Positions 1-10,891 of a stretch of 64,000 bases of DNA are shown here, piece by piece (positions within the stretch are counted from its first letter, which is position 1; each line of letters starts with the position of its first letter). Origin of the DNA: Alphaproteobacteria bacterium (GTDB lineage: Bacteria > Pseudomonadota > Alphaproteobacteria > UBA828); the NCBI GenBank assembly GCA_965237415.1, contig CBDEFM010000002.1, positions 3,232,001 to 3,296,000 of the forward strand. The letters run 5' to 3'. The notes under the pieces were generated by a model that did not search any database, had not been told where the DNA came from, and saw only the letters and a list, made by a program, of their open reading frames with translations. The position numbers and the translations under genes are program-made.

Positions 1-744
<744 letters not shown>

Positions 745-1251
745 TCAGATCGACTCCTTGCCGCGCGAGATCGCGACCACGCCCGTGCGCGATATCTCGG
801 TCAGCCCGAGCGGCGTCATCAGCCGGATGAAGGCGTCGATCTTGCCGCCCTTACCGGTCAATTCGAATACGAACGAATCGATCTCGCTGTCGACCACATG
901 GGCGCGGAAGACATCCGCGATTCGCAGCGATTCGACCCGCTTCTCGCCGGTGGCGACGACCTTGATGAGCGCGAGCTCGCGCTCGATGTAGGGGCCTTCG
1001 CTACCCAGGTCCGAGACCTTGTGGATCGGCACCAGGCGATCGAGCTGCGCCTTGATCTGCTCGATGACCATGGGCGAGCCCAAGGTCACCAGATTGATGC
1101 GGGAGAGTCGCTTGCCGCGCTCGACCTCGGCGACGGTCAGGCTCTCGATATTGTAGCCGCGCCCGGAGAAGAGGCCGATGACCCGCGCCAGAACCCCCGG
1201 CTCGTTCTCGACCAGCACGGAAAGCGTGCGGCGCTCGGCGGAGTCGTCCAC
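745..1251 (-). CDS. ilvN: Acetolactate synthase small (regulatory) subunit
   Basis: ACT domain LSVLVENEPGVLARVIGLFSGRGYNIESL; C-terminal RTGVVAISRG. Confidence 0.96.
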   Translation of the reverse strand: MDDSAERRTLSVLVENEPGVLARVIGLFSGRGYNIESLTVAEVERGKRLSRINLVTLGSPMVIEQIKAQLDRLVPIHKVSDLGSEGPYIERELALIKVVATGEKRVESLRIADVFRAHVVDSEIDSFVFELTGKGGKIDAFIRLMTPLGLTEISRTGVVAISRGKESI

Positions 1252-1355
1252 GGCCGTTCCTCCCGGCCGCCTACAGGCGGGCGTCCCGCTGCGGCCGGCG
1301 CCCCGGCGCGGCGAGCGGATTGGCGACGTGTGTCATGGTCTGGCGCCGCGGGGTC

Positions 1356-3149
1356 CTAGACGAGCACCATCCCGTCTTCGGAGCGCTCCTCAAGCTCGCC
1401 GTGCTCCGGCCCCAACTTCATCTCGTAGTGCGCGGCACCGGCCGGGATCATCGGATAGACGTTCTCCTCCTTGTCGACTTGGATGTCGGCAATCACGGGG
1501 CCGGGCGTCTCGATCATGGCCTGAATCACGTCGTCCACGTCCTCGGGCCGCTTTGCCCTGAGCCCCGTGGCCCCAAAGGATTCCGCCAGCTTCACGAAGT
1601 CGGGGAGCGAATCCATGTAGCTCTCGGCATAGCGGCCGCCGTGGAAGAACTCCTGCCACTGGCGCACCATGCCCATGTATTCGTTGTTGAGCAGGAAGGT
1701 TTTTACGGGCAGCCGGTACTGCACCATGGTGGACAGCTCCTGAATCACCATCAGGAGAGACGCCTCGCCGGCGATATCGATGACCAGCGAGTCGGGATGG
1801 GCGACCTGCACGCCCATCGCTGCCGGAAAGCCGTAGCCCATGGTGCCGAGGCCGCCCGAGGTCATCCACCGGTTGGGCTCCTCGATCTTGAGGAACTGAG
1901 CCGCCCACATCTGGTGCTGGCCCACTTCGGTGGTGAAGTAGACGTCCCGCCCCTTGGTCGCCTCATAGAGCCGCTGGAGGGCATATTGCGGTTTGATGAC
2001 GGTGCCGGAGTTCTTGTAGCGCAGGCAATCGCGCCCGCGCCACGCATCGAGCTGCCGCCACCATGCCGCCTGCGCCTCGGCGTCGGGCTCGGCGCCGCTC
2101 GCCTCCCACTCGGCCATGATGGCGTCGAGCGCGAGGCCCGCATCGCCGATGATGGCGACGTCGACCGGCACATTCTTGTTGATGGAGGACGGATCGATGT
2201 CGATCTGAACCTTGGTCGAGCCACGCGAGAAATCGGCGAGCCGGCCGGTGACGCGATCGTCGAAGCGCGCGCCGACCGCGATCATCAGATCGCACTCGGC
2301 CATCGCCATGTTGGCTTCGTAGGTGCCGTGCATGCCCAGCATGCCGAGGAAGAGCGGGTCGGTCCCCGGATAGCAGCCGAGCCCCATCAGCGTGTTGGTG
2401 ATCGGATACCCGGTGCGTCGCACCAGTGCAGCCAGGCTCTGCGCCGCGCCGGGGCCTGAGTTGATGACTCCGCCGCCCGCGTAGAAGAGGGGGCGCTTGG
2501 CGCGCGCCATCAGCTCGACCGTGCGCTTGACCGCATCGGCATCGGGTATCCGCCGGGGTCGGTATGAGCGATGATCCCTGCCGTTGCCCGCCGCCTCCGC
2601 TTCGACGTAGGGCGCCTTGGTCATGACCACGTCCTTCGGCAGGTCGACCACCACGGGGCCGGGCCGGCCGGCGCTCGCGATGTAGTAGGCCTCGCGGATC
2701 ACGCGGCAAAGATCGTTAGCGTCCTTCACCAAATAGTTGTGCTTGGTGCAGGGCCGGGTGATCCCCACCGTGTCGGCTTCCTGAAACGCGTCGTTGCCGA
2801 TCATGTGGGTCGGCACCTGCCCGGTCAGGCAGACGACGGGGATGCTGTCCATGAGCGCATCGGTGAGCCCGGTGACGCTGTTGGTGGCGCCGGGGCCGGA
2901 GGTGACCAGCACCGTGCCGACCCTGCCGGTGGAGCGCGCATAGCCCTCGGCGGCATGCACGGCGCCCTGCTCGTGCCGCACCAGGATGTGACGCAGCTCG
3001 TTCTGCTTGAAGATGGCGTCGTAGATCGGCAGGACCGCGCCGCCGGGATAGCCGAACACGACCTCTACGCCGAGATCGACCAGAGTGCGAACAACCAGTT
3101 CGGCCCCGGTCGGCTCGGCCGGGGCGTGATCCTCGGCATCCGTTGTCAC
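1356..3149 (-). CDS. ilvB: Acetolactate synthase large subunit
   Basis: FGYPGGAVLPIYD, RHEQGAVHAAEGYAR, SGGLGTMGYG; GTG start at 3149 with a GGAAGGGAG RBS. Confidence 0.96.
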   Translation of the reverse strand: MTTDAEDHAPAEPTGAELVVRTLVDLGVEVVFGYPGGAVLPIYDAIFKQNELRHILVRHEQGAVHAAEGYARSTGRVGTVLVTSGPGATNSVTGLTDALMDSIPVVCLTGQVPTHMIGNDAFQEADTVGITRPCTKHNYLVKDANDLCRVIREAYYIASAGRPGPVVVDLPKDVVMTKAPYVEAEAAGNGRDHRSYRPRRIPDADAVKRTVELMARAKRPLFYAGGGVINSGPGAAQSLAALVRRTGYPITNTLMGLGCYPGTDPLFLGMLGMHGTYEANMAMAECDLMIAVGARFDDRVTGRLADFSRGSTKVQIDIDPSSINKNVPVDVAIIGDAGLALDAIMAEWEASGAEPDAEAQAAWWRQLDAWRGRDCLRYKNSGTVIKPQYALQRLYEATKGRDVYFTTEVGQHQMWAAQFLKIEEPNRWMTSGGLGTMGYGFPAAMGVQVAHPDSLVIDIAGEASLLMVIQELSTMVQYRLPVKTFLLNNEYMGMVRQWQEFFHGGRYAESYMDSLPDFVKLAESFGATGLRAKRPEDVDDVIQAMIETPGPVIADIQVDKEENVYPMIPAGAAHYEMKLGPEHGELEERSEDGMVLV

Positions 3150-3261
3150 GGCGATCTCCCTTCCGCACAAGCGTAAACGACCCACCCTTCGACCAGGGTC
3201 GGCCGGCCCGCGTCGGTGCGCCTGGCCGCGCACCCGTCTCTGGAGGGCGGACAGTAGTCCC

Positions 3262-4209
3262 TCACCCCTTGCCGGTCAATAGCAGGCGTTCCACGAGGGC
3301 GAGAGATTCCCGTTTCGATTCCGCGCGGTAACGGTCCGGCATGCGGGCTGTGCCCGGCATTTGGTTGCGGAACCAGGTGGTCTGGCGCTTGGCGTAGCGG
3401 CGCGTCTCCTGCCGGCCGAGCACGATCGCCCGCTCGAGGGAGGTGACGCCGCTCAGGTGATCGTGCAGCGCACGCACGCCGACCGCCTTCATCACAGGCA
3501 ACCCGGGATCGAGACCGCGGGCCTTGAGGCACGCTGCCTCGTCGAGGGCGCCCGCCGCCATCATGCCCTCGAAGCGCGTGTTGCAGGCGTCGTAAAGCTC
3601 TGCCCGGGGCGGCTCGAGGACGAGCGTTGCGGCCCGGCCGCCGAAGCTCTCGTGCTTCTCCGCCTGCCACGAGAGGAGCGAGCGTCCGGTCGCCTCGACC
3701 ACCTCGTAGGCCCGCATCACCCGCTGGCTGTCGCCGGGTTCGAGCCGGCGGGCCGCCTCGGGGTCGCGCGCGGCGAGCCGCGTGTGGAGGCCGGCGCTGC
3801 CCTCTCGTTCATAGAGCGCCCGCACTGCCGACCGCACGGGCTCAGAGATCGCCGGCACCGGTGCAAGCCCCGCGAGGAGCGCCCGCAGGTAGAGCCCCGT
3901 TCCGCCGACCAGGATCGGCAGCGCGCCATCGCCACGGATCCGCTCGATCTCAGCCATTGCCAGAGCGCGCCAGCGGCCGGCCGAGCAGCGCTCGGCGCCG
4001 TCGAGAACGCCGTAGAGCCGGTGCGGCGCCCGCGCGCGGAGCTCGTCGTCCGGCCAGGACGTGAGAATCGGCAGATCGCGGTAGAGCTGCATGCTGTCGG
4101 CGTTGACGACGGCACCGCCGAACTTCTGGGCGGCATCGGCCGCAAGCGGCGACTTGCCGCTCGCCGTCGGGCCGCCGATCACCAGGATCGAAGGGGGGCC
4201 TTCGTCCAC
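3262..4209 (-). CDS. miaA: tRNA dimethylallyltransferase
   Basis: GPTASGKS, NADSMQLY, VGGTGLY, RRYAKRQTTW. Confidence 0.96.
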   Translation of the reverse strand: MDEGPPSILVIGGPTASGKSPLAADAAQKFGGAVVNADSMQLYRDLPILTSWPDDELRARAPHRLYGVLDGAERCSAGRWRALAMAEIERIRGDGALPILVGGTGLYLRALLAGLAPVPAISEPVRSAVRALYEREGSAGLHTRLAARDPEAARRLEPGDSQRVMRAYEVVEATGRSLLSWQAEKHESFGGRAATLVLEPPRAELYDACNTRFEGMMAAGALDEAACLKARGLDPGLPVMKAVGVRALHDHLSGVTSLERAIVLGRQETRRYAKRQTTWFRNQMPGTARMPDRYRAESKRESLALVERLLLTGKG

Positions 4210-4226
4210 AGCGTGTTCGCCTGCCT

Positions 4227-5459
4227 TCAGGAGAGGACCAGCGAGACCAGTCCGTCGGCGAGCTTGGGCTCGAACCAGGTGGTTTTCGGCGGCAGGATCG
4301 CGCTTGCATCGGCGACCGCCATGAGGTCCTCCACGGAGGTCGGATAGAGCGAGAAGGCCACTGTCGCGTCGCCGTTATCGACCGCCGCCGCGAGCGCCTC
4401 CACGCCGCGCACGCCGCCCACGAAGTCGATCCGCGCATCGAGCCTGGGATCGCCAATGCCGAGGATCGGCCCAAGAACCAGGCGCGCGAGGAGCGAAACG
4501 TCGAGACGATCGACCGCCGCACCGCTGGCTGGCACCAGTCCTCCGGCGGCGAGGCGGTGCCAGCGGCCCCCCACATACATGCCGAAGTGCGCCGGCTGCG
4601 CGGGCTCCACCGGCCCCTCCGCCGGCTCGCAGCCGAGCGTCTGGCCGATCCGGCGCAGGAACGCGGCGGATGTGAGCCCGTTCAGGCCCCGCACGATTCG
4701 GTGATAGCCGAGGATGCGCACCTCGTCGGCGGGGAAGCTCACCGTCAACAGACGGCCGGCTGCCTCTCCCGTCCCTGCTCCCATCGCCTGGGCCGCTGTC
4801 TGCGCCGCGGCGGCGCGGTGGTGGCCGTCGGCGATATAGAGCGCGCCGATCCGGTCGAACCGTTCCGTCAGCGCGCCGATCTCGTCGGCGCCGTCGATCG
4901 GCCAGAGCATATGCGTCACCGTTCCGCCGTGCACGGAGCGGCAGAGCGGCGGCCCCGCGCAGGCCGCGGCGATCAGGCGGCGAACCTCTTCGTCTGGCCG
5001 GTGAATCAGGAGCAGGGGGCCCGTCTGCGCGCCGAGCGCTTCTATGTGCCGGGCGCGATCCTCCACTTTGGGCGGCCGGGTCGATTCGTGCCGCTTGATC
5101 GCGCCTTGCTCGTAGGCCGCGAGGGAGGCCGCAGCCACCAGCCCCGTCTGCGCGCGGCCTTGCGCCTCCATGCGCCAGGCGTAGAAGCGGGGCGCCGTAT
5201 CGCAGATCAGGACTCCGCTCTCGATCATCCGCGAGAACGCCGTCGCCGCCCCTTCGTAGAGCGCAGGCGCGCCAGGTGGCGTCTCGGGCGGCAGGTCGAT
5301 CTCCGGTCGGGAGACGTGGAGGAAGCTCCGCGGACGCCCCTGAGCGGCGGCCCGCGCCTCCTCTGTGGAGAGCACGTCATAGGGCGGCGCCAACACTGCA
5401 TCCGCATGGTGCGGGGCGACGCGGAGCCCAGCGAAGGGCGCGAGCAGTCGCTCGCTCAC
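4227..5459 (-). CDS. DUF1015 family protein (ParB/sulfiredoxin-like fold)
   Basis: APPYDV, IKRHEST, LYIADGHHR, PPKTTWFEPKLADGL signature motifs. Confidence 0.9.
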   Translation of the reverse strand: MSERLLAPFAGLRVAPHHADAVLAPPYDVLSTEEARAAAQGRPRSFLHVSRPEIDLPPETPPGAPALYEGAATAFSRMIESGVLICDTAPRFYAWRMEAQGRAQTGLVAAASLAAYEQGAIKRHESTRPPKVEDRARHIEALGAQTGPLLLIHRPDEEVRRLIAAACAGPPLCRSVHGGTVTHMLWPIDGADEIGALTERFDRIGALYIADGHHRAAAAQTAAQAMGAGTGEAAGRLLTVSFPADEVRILGYHRIVRGLNGLTSAAFLRRIGQTLGCEPAEGPVEPAQPAHFGMYVGGRWHRLAAGGLVPASGAAVDRLDVSLLARLVLGPILGIGDPRLDARIDFVGGVRGVEALAAAVDNGDATVAFSLYPTSVEDLMAVADASAILPPKTTWFEPKLADGLVSLVLS

Positions 5460-5499
5460 GTGGTGTGCCCCTTCCTCGTCACGACCGTCCCCGTCGCCG

Positions 5500-5694
5500 C
5501 TAATTGACCAGCCAGACCAGCAGGAGGCCGACCAGGGCCGCGCTCATTCCGATGGTTCGTATCCGCGCGGACGGCTGGGCGAGCACGCGCGCGATGCTGC
5601 GCCGCATCGCCTCGGGGAACAGCGCGTAGAGCCCGCCTTCGATGACGAAAATGAGCCCGATAGCGGTCAGGAATGCGGTGAGCCCGTCGCTCAT
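5500..5694 (-). CDS. DUF2065 family small membrane protein
   Basis: IGLIFVIEGGLYALFP motif; usual position after hflC. Confidence 0.85.
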   Translation of the reverse strand: MSDGLTAFLTAIGLIFVIEGGLYALFPEAMRRSIARVLAQPSARIRTIGMSAALVGLLLVWLVN

Positions 5695-5753
5695 GGCCGG
5701 GTCGTTCGGAGCAGCCTCCGGCCGGCCGGGGGACGGCCCGCGGCCCGGGCGCG

Positions 5754-6668
5754 TTACTCGGTCGCCGCCGGAGCGCGCGCCTGGTTGCCGGCGATCTCAC
5801 CGAAGTAACGGAAGAACTCGCTGTTCGGCGACAGCACCATCGAGGTATCGGAGTCCCCGAGGGCTTCGCGATAGGCCTGCATGGCCCGGTAGAAGGCGTA
5901 GAATTCGGGGTCCCGGCCATAGGCCTCGCGCGAGATCCGGTGCGCTTCGCCGTCGCCGTCGCCGCGCAGGATCTGGGACTCGCGTTCCGCCTCCGCGAGG
6001 AGCACCACACGCTCGCGATCGGCGCGCGAGCGGATGCGCTGCGACTCTTCCTCACCCTGGGCCCGGAACTCCTTCGCCTCGCGCTCGCGCTCGGTCTGCA
6101 TGCGCTGATAGACGGCCTGGCTGTTCTCCTCCGGCAGGTCGGCGCGGCGGATGCGCACGTCGATCACATCGACGCCGAAGCCGGTGGACTGACGGTTCAC
6201 CTGGTCCCTGATCTGAGTCATCAGCTGGGCGCGCTCGCCGGAGAGCACGGTGATCAGCTCGACCGTGCCCAGCACCTGCCGCGTGCTGGCGTTGAGGATG
6301 GCGCCGAGCCTGGCGCGGGCCACCGCCTCGTTGCCGACGGACTGGAAGAAGCGCAGGGGATCGATGATCCGGTAGCGGATAAAGGCGTCCACGACCAGCC
6401 GCTTCTGATCTCCGAGGATCATCTCCTCCGCCGGCGCGTTGAAGTCGAGGACCCGCTTCTCGAAATACTCGACGTTCTGGACGAAGGGCGTCTTGAAGCG
6501 GAGCCCCGGCTCGTCGGTGCCCCACTGGTTCACCACCCTGATGGGCTCGCCGAGCTGCAAGAGGATCGCCTGTTGATCCTCTCGCACCTTGTAGGTGGAG
6601 ATCAGGAGCAGGACGATGGCCACGAAGATGACCGCGGCGCCGATGATGAATTTGAGTCGGGTGCTCAT
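5754..6668 (-). CDS. hflC: FtsH protease modulator HflC
   Basis: N-terminal TM, SPFH domain, RMQTEREREA, DPEFYAFYR. Confidence 0.96.
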   Translation of the reverse strand: MSTRLKFIIGAAVIFVAIVLLLISTYKVREDQQAILLQLGEPIRVVNQWGTDEPGLRFKTPFVQNVEYFEKRVLDFNAPAEEMILGDQKRLVVDAFIRYRIIDPLRFFQSVGNEAVARARLGAILNASTRQVLGTVELITVLSGERAQLMTQIRDQVNRQSTGFGVDVIDVRIRRADLPEENSQAVYQRMQTEREREAKEFRAQGEEESQRIRSRADRERVVLLAEAERESQILRGDGDGEAHRISREAYGRDPEFYAFYRAMQAYREALGDSDTSMVLSPNSEFFRYFGEIAGNQARAPAATE

Positions 6669-6674
6669 GGCCTA

Positions 6675-7808
6675 CTACTGCGTGCCGCCCTGGCGGCGTT
6701 GAAGCTCGGGCAGGGGCAGGTAGGGCACGACGCCGGAGGAGCCCCCCGCGCCCGAATCGATGATGATCTTGTCCAGCCCGCCGAGCACTTCCTCCATCGT
6801 CTCCAGATACATGCGCCGGCGGACGACATCCGCGTTCTGCGCGTACTCGGCGTGGACCGCAACGAAGCGCGACGCCTCGCCCTGGGCCTCGGCGACGATC
6901 TGCTCCTTGTAGGCCGTGCCCTCCTGCACGAGGCGTTCCGCCGCGCCGCGTGCACGCGGGATGATGTCGTTGCGGTAGGACTCGGCCTCGTTCTTCGCCC
7001 GCTCCTGGTCCGCCCGCGCGGCCTGCACGTCGCGGAAGCTGGCGATCACCGCGTCCGGCGGCGCAATGTCCTGCGGCTCGATCTGGGTGACTTCGATGCC
7101 GGCGCCGTAATAGTCCAGGATCGACTGGGTCAGTTCGTGAGTCTGCTGGGCCAAGAGAAACCGCTCCTCGGCAAGGGCGGATTGCAGGCGGGTCTTGCCG
7201 ATCACCTCGCGCATCGCGCTCTCGGCCGCGTCCCTCACCGTGCGGTCCGGCGCCTGGATGTTGAACAGATACTGGCCGGCATCGCGGATGCGCCAGAAGG
7301 CGGTGAACTTCACGTCGATGATGTTCTCATCGCCGGTGAGCATCAGACTCTCGTCCGGCACTGGCCGCGTGAACGCCCCCCGGTTGGAGTCAACCAGGGT
7401 CCGGTAGCCGATCTCGGCCCGGTTGATCTTCGTCACCTTGGGCAAGAGAACCGTCTCGAAGGGCCAGGGCAGATGATAGTTGAGGCCCGGCTGGGTAGTC
7501 TGGGTCCACTCGCCCCAGCGCAGCACCACGCCCTGCTCGTCGGGCTCGACGCGGTAGAAGCCGGTCAGCAGCCAGATGCCGAGCACGATGATGAGGAGCA
7601 GGATGAGGCCGCGGCCCCCGCGCACTCCGGGCATAAATCGGCGGAAGCGATCCTGCCCACGCCGGAGCATCTCTTCGAGGTCTGGCGGTGGGGTTTGCTG
7701 CCCACCACGCCGGCCGCCGCCGCCCGGTGAGCGGCCCCACGGGCCGCCACCACCGCCGCCGCCGCCGCTTTGCCAGCCGCCACCGCCGCCTTGGCTAGAC
7801 CAGGGCAT
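6675..7808 (-). CDS. hflK: FtsH protease modulator HflK
   Basis: MPW..GGGPWG..PPDLEE N-terminus, MLTGDENI, RMYLETMEEV. Confidence 0.96.
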   Translation of the reverse strand: MPWSSQGGGGGWQSGGGGGGGGPWGRSPGGGGRRGGQQTPPPDLEEMLRRGQDRFRRFMPGVRGGRGLILLLIIVLGIWLLTGFYRVEPDEQGVVLRWGEWTQTTQPGLNYHLPWPFETVLLPKVTKINRAEIGYRTLVDSNRGAFTRPVPDESLMLTGDENIIDVKFTAFWRIRDAGQYLFNIQAPDRTVRDAAESAMREVIGKTRLQSALAEERFLLAQQTHELTQSILDYYGAGIEVTQIEPQDIAPPDAVIASFRDVQAARADQERAKNEAESYRNDIIPRARGAAERLVQEGTAYKEQIVAEAQGEASRFVAVHAEYAQNADVVRRRMYLETMEEVLGGLDKIIIDSGAGGSSGVVPYLPLPELQRRQGGTQ

Positions 7809-7938
7809 GGTTCGGCCTCTCCTCCAAGGCTTTGCAAGCTATCATCGGCGCCTTATAAGTCATGCGGTCGCCGCACGCAACGGCGCGCTTGCACGCTCGC
7901 AGCTATCCGCGGCGCGCCCCCCGGGTCGGAGTGGAACG

Positions 7939-9105
7939 ATGGCGTCAGTCACCAAGGAGCAGGTTCTGGCGGCGCTGACCGATGTCTTGGACCCGGACAG
8001 CGGGCAGAACGTCGTCGCCGGCGGGCTGATCAGCGGTGTGGTGGTCAAGGACGGCAACGTCGGTTTTGCGCTCGAGGTCGACCCGGCTCAGGGCGCGGCG
8101 AAGGAGCCGCTGCGCAAGGCCTGCGAGACGGCGGTCGACCGGTTGCCCGGCGTGCTCTCGGTGACGGCGGTGATGACCGCCGAGAGGCAGGCCTCCGGCC
8201 AGGCGAACGGCCACAGCGACGCGCATGGACATGGTCACGCTCATGGCGGGCAGGCCCAGGCGGGGGCGTCGCAGGCGGGGGCGTCGCAGGCGGACCAACT
8301 CCTGCCCGGCGTGAAGAGCTTGATCGCCATCGCGTCGGGCAAGGGTGGAGTCGGCAAGTCGACGACAGCCGTGAACCTCGCTACGGCCATGGCCGCCCAG
8401 AACGTCCGGGTCGGTCTGCTCGACTGCGACATCTACGGCCCCTCGATCCCGCGCATGCTCAATCTGAGCGGCCAGCCGGAGTTGGTGGGGGAGCGCACGC
8501 TGCGCCCCATGGCGAATTACGGGATCAAGTGCATGTCGATCGGGTTCCTCGTCGCCGAGGACACGGCCATGATCTGGCGCGGCCCGATGGTCATGCAGGC
8601 GCTCGAACAGATGATGCGCGACGTCGATTGGGGCGAGCTTGACGTGCTGCTTTGCGACTTGCCGCCGGGCACCGGCGATGCGCAGCTCACCATGGCGCAG
8701 CGGGTCCCGCTCACCGGCGCCGTGATCGTCTCGACCCCGCAGGATATCGCGCTGCTCGACGTGACCCGGGGCATCAACATGTTCCAGCAGGTCAACGTGC
8801 CGATCTTCGGGGTCGTGGAAAACATGAGCTACTACGTGTGCCCCGAGTGCGGCCACCGCGCCGAGATCTTCCACCATGGCGGCGCGCGCGAGACGGCGCG
8901 CCGTCTCGGTGTCGACTTCCTGGGCGAAATTCCGCTCGACCTGGACATCAGAACGACCTCGGATTCGGGCCGCCCCATCGTGGTCACCCAGCCTGACAGC
9001 CCCCACGCCGCGTCCTACCGGCGGATCGCCGCCGGCCTCATCGACAAGGCGACCTCGGCGGTGGGCGGCGCGGGGCGCCCGCAGCCCCGCATCGTCATGA
9101 TGTGA
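7939..9105 (+). CDS. apbC: Mrp/ApbC (NBP35 family) Fe-S cluster carrier ATPase
   Basis: ASGKGGVGKSTT, MIWRGPM, DLPPGTGD, CPECG; ATG at 7939. Confidence 0.93.
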   Translation: MASVTKEQVLAALTDVLDPDSGQNVVAGGLISGVVVKDGNVGFALEVDPAQGAAKEPLRKACETAVDRLPGVLSVTAVMTAERQASGQANGHSDAHGHGHAHGGQAQAGASQAGASQADQLLPGVKSLIAIASGKGGVGKSTTAVNLATAMAAQNVRVGLLDCDIYGPSIPRMLNLSGQPELVGERTLRPMANYGIKCMSIGFLVAEDTAMIWRGPMVMQALEQMMRDVDWGELDVLLCDLPPGTGDAQLTMAQRVPLTGAVIVSTPQDIALLDVTRGINMFQQVNVPIFGVVENMSYYVCPECGHRAEIFHHGGARETARRLGVDFLGEIPLDLDIRTTSDSGRPIVVTQPDSPHAASYRRIAAGLIDKATSAVGGAGRPQPRIVMM

Positions 9106-9117
9106 AGGTCGCCGCCG

Positions 9118-9801
9118 ATGGCGCGCAGGCGGATCGACGACGTTCTTCAGGTACTATCGGGCCATCTGGGCCGCCGACGGTGGATCGGCGCGGGCCTCGT
9201 CGCCCTTCTCCTGGCTGCGCTGGTTGCCGGCTGCGCTCCCTCGGTTCCGGATCGTCAGCAGGACCTCTGCGCGGTCTTTCACCAACATCCCGACTGGTAC
9301 GACTACGCGAAGGACGCAGCGAACGAGTGGGGCGTGCCGATCCCCGTCCTCATGGCCTTCGTGCACCACGAATCGAGTTTCCGGAGCGATGCGCGGCCGC
9401 CCCGCAAGTACGTCCTCTGGATCATCCCCTGGGGCCGGGTGTCGTCCGCCAAGGGATACGCCCAGGCGCAGGACCCGGCCTGGAGCGACTACACGGACGA
9501 GCGCGGCTCGTTCTTCCGCAGCCGTTCTGACTTGGAAGACGCCCTCGATTTCATCGGCTGGTACAACCACGGGACGGCGCGCGAGCTCGGGATCGCCAAG
9601 ACCGACGCGCGCAACCTCTATCTCGCCTATCACGAGGGTCGCGGCGGCTACCGGCGCGGCACCTGGAAAGGCAAGCCGAAGCTGCAGCGCATTGCCGAGC
9701 GCGTGGCCGAGACCGCGCGGCGCTACCAGGCGCAGCTCAAGCGCTGCGAATCAGAATTCCGCTGCGACGCCTGGTACGAGCTATGGCCCTTCTGTAGCTG
9801 A
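9118..9801 (+). CDS. Lipoprotein with SLT-like lytic transglycosylase domain
   Basis: Lipobox LVAGC; HHESSF, SSAKGYAQA, YLAYHEG motifs. Confidence 0.8.
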   Translation: MARRRIDDVLQVLSGHLGRRRWIGAGLVALLLAALVAGCAPSVPDRQQDLCAVFHQHPDWYDYAKDAANEWGVPIPVLMAFVHHESSFRSDARPPRKYVLWIIPWGRVSSAKGYAQAQDPAWSDYTDERGSFFRSRSDLEDALDFIGWYNHGTARELGIAKTDARNLYLAYHEGRGGYRRGTWKGKPKLQRIAERVAETARRYQAQLKRCESEFRCDAWYELWPFCS

Positions 9802-9876
9802 TCGCCCGCCCGGCATTCTCGCCACGATTCCCGCCCCTTCCTTTGGGGATTATACGCCTAACTAGCCATTTTCCGT

Positions 9877-9905
9877 TTGACGCCAGCCTGCATTATCGCC
9901 ACAAT
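9877..9905 (+). promoter_or_regulatory. Candidate sigma70 promoter for the transposase/cargo operon
   Basis: TTGACG-17bp-CACAAT just inside the left TIR. Confidence 0.55.
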
Positions 9906-9949
9906 ACTAGCCAAGAAAGCGCTTGCGGCGAATCGAGAGGATGCTGAAG

Positions 9950-10891
9950 ATGGCTAAGCGTGGTCCTGGCAAGGCGCACCGAGAGGGGCTGACGGTCATT
10001 GAACTGTTCAAGCTCTTTCCCGACGATGCCACCGCCGAAGTGTGGTTTGAGGCACAGCGCTGGCCGGAAGGCCGGTTCTGCCCGGACTGCGGATCGACCA
10101 ACACGGTTGAGGTCAAAAGCCGCAAGCCCATGCCCTATCGGTGCCGCGACTGCCGCCACCACTTCTCCGTCCGCAAGGGCACGGCAATGCAGTCCTCCAA
10201 GATCGGGCTGCAAAAGTGGGTCATCGCGCTCTACATGATGACCACCGGCCTCAAGGGCACATCCAGCATGAAGCTCTACCGCGAGGTCGGCATCCGGCAG
10301 GCCACGGCATGGTTTTTGATGCAGCGCATCCGGGAAGGCTTCACGGACGGCGAGAACCAGCCCTTTCCCGGCCCCGTAGAGGCCGATGAGACGTACATGG
10401 GCGGCAAGCGGAAGAACATGCCGAAAGCGAAGCGCAAGACGCTGACGGGGCGCGGAGCGGTCGGTAAGGTGGCAGTCGCAGGCGTGAAGGATCGAGCGAC
10501 CAACCGCGTCGTGGCTCGGTCAGTTCCGGCTACCGACAAGCCGACCCTTCAAGGCTTTGTTGCCCAGCATGCGGCTCCCGACGCCAAAGTGTTCACCGAC
10601 GATGCCAGCGCCTACGAAGGGCTGCCCTTCGATCACGAGGCGGTCTGTCACTCCGCCGGTGAGTATGTTCGCGGTATGGCGCACACCAACGGCATCGAGT
10701 CGTTCTGGTCGATGCTCAAGAGGGGCTATCAGGGCACCTATCACCACCTGAGCGAGAAGCACTTGGATCGCTATGTCGCGGAGTTCGCGGGTCGCCATAA
10801 TGTTCGCGAGTTTGACACGATCACGCAGATGTCCCAGCTGGCGAAGGGCATGGTCGGCAAGCGCCTCACCTATCGCGAGTTGGTCGCTTGA
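9950..10891 (+). CDS. IS1595 family DDE transposase
   Basis: Zn ribbon CPDC..CRDC; VEADETYMGG, VFTDD, HTNGIESFWS catalytic motifs; GAGAGG RBS before ATG 9950. Confidence 0.95.
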   Translation: MAKRGPGKAHREGLTVIELFKLFPDDATAEVWFEAQRWPEGRFCPDCGSTNTVEVKSRKPMPYRCRDCRHHFSVRKGTAMQSSKIGLQKWVIALYMMTTGLKGTSSMKLYREVGIRQATAWFLMQRIREGFTDGENQPFPGPVEADETYMGGKRKNMPKAKRKTLTGRGAVGKVAVAGVKDRATNRVVARSVPATDKPTLQGFVAQHAAPDAKVFTDDASAYEGLPFDHEAVCHSAGEYVRGMAHTNGIESFWSMLKRGYQGTYHHLSEKHLDRYVAEFAGRHNVREFDTITQMSQLAKGMVGKRLTYRELVA

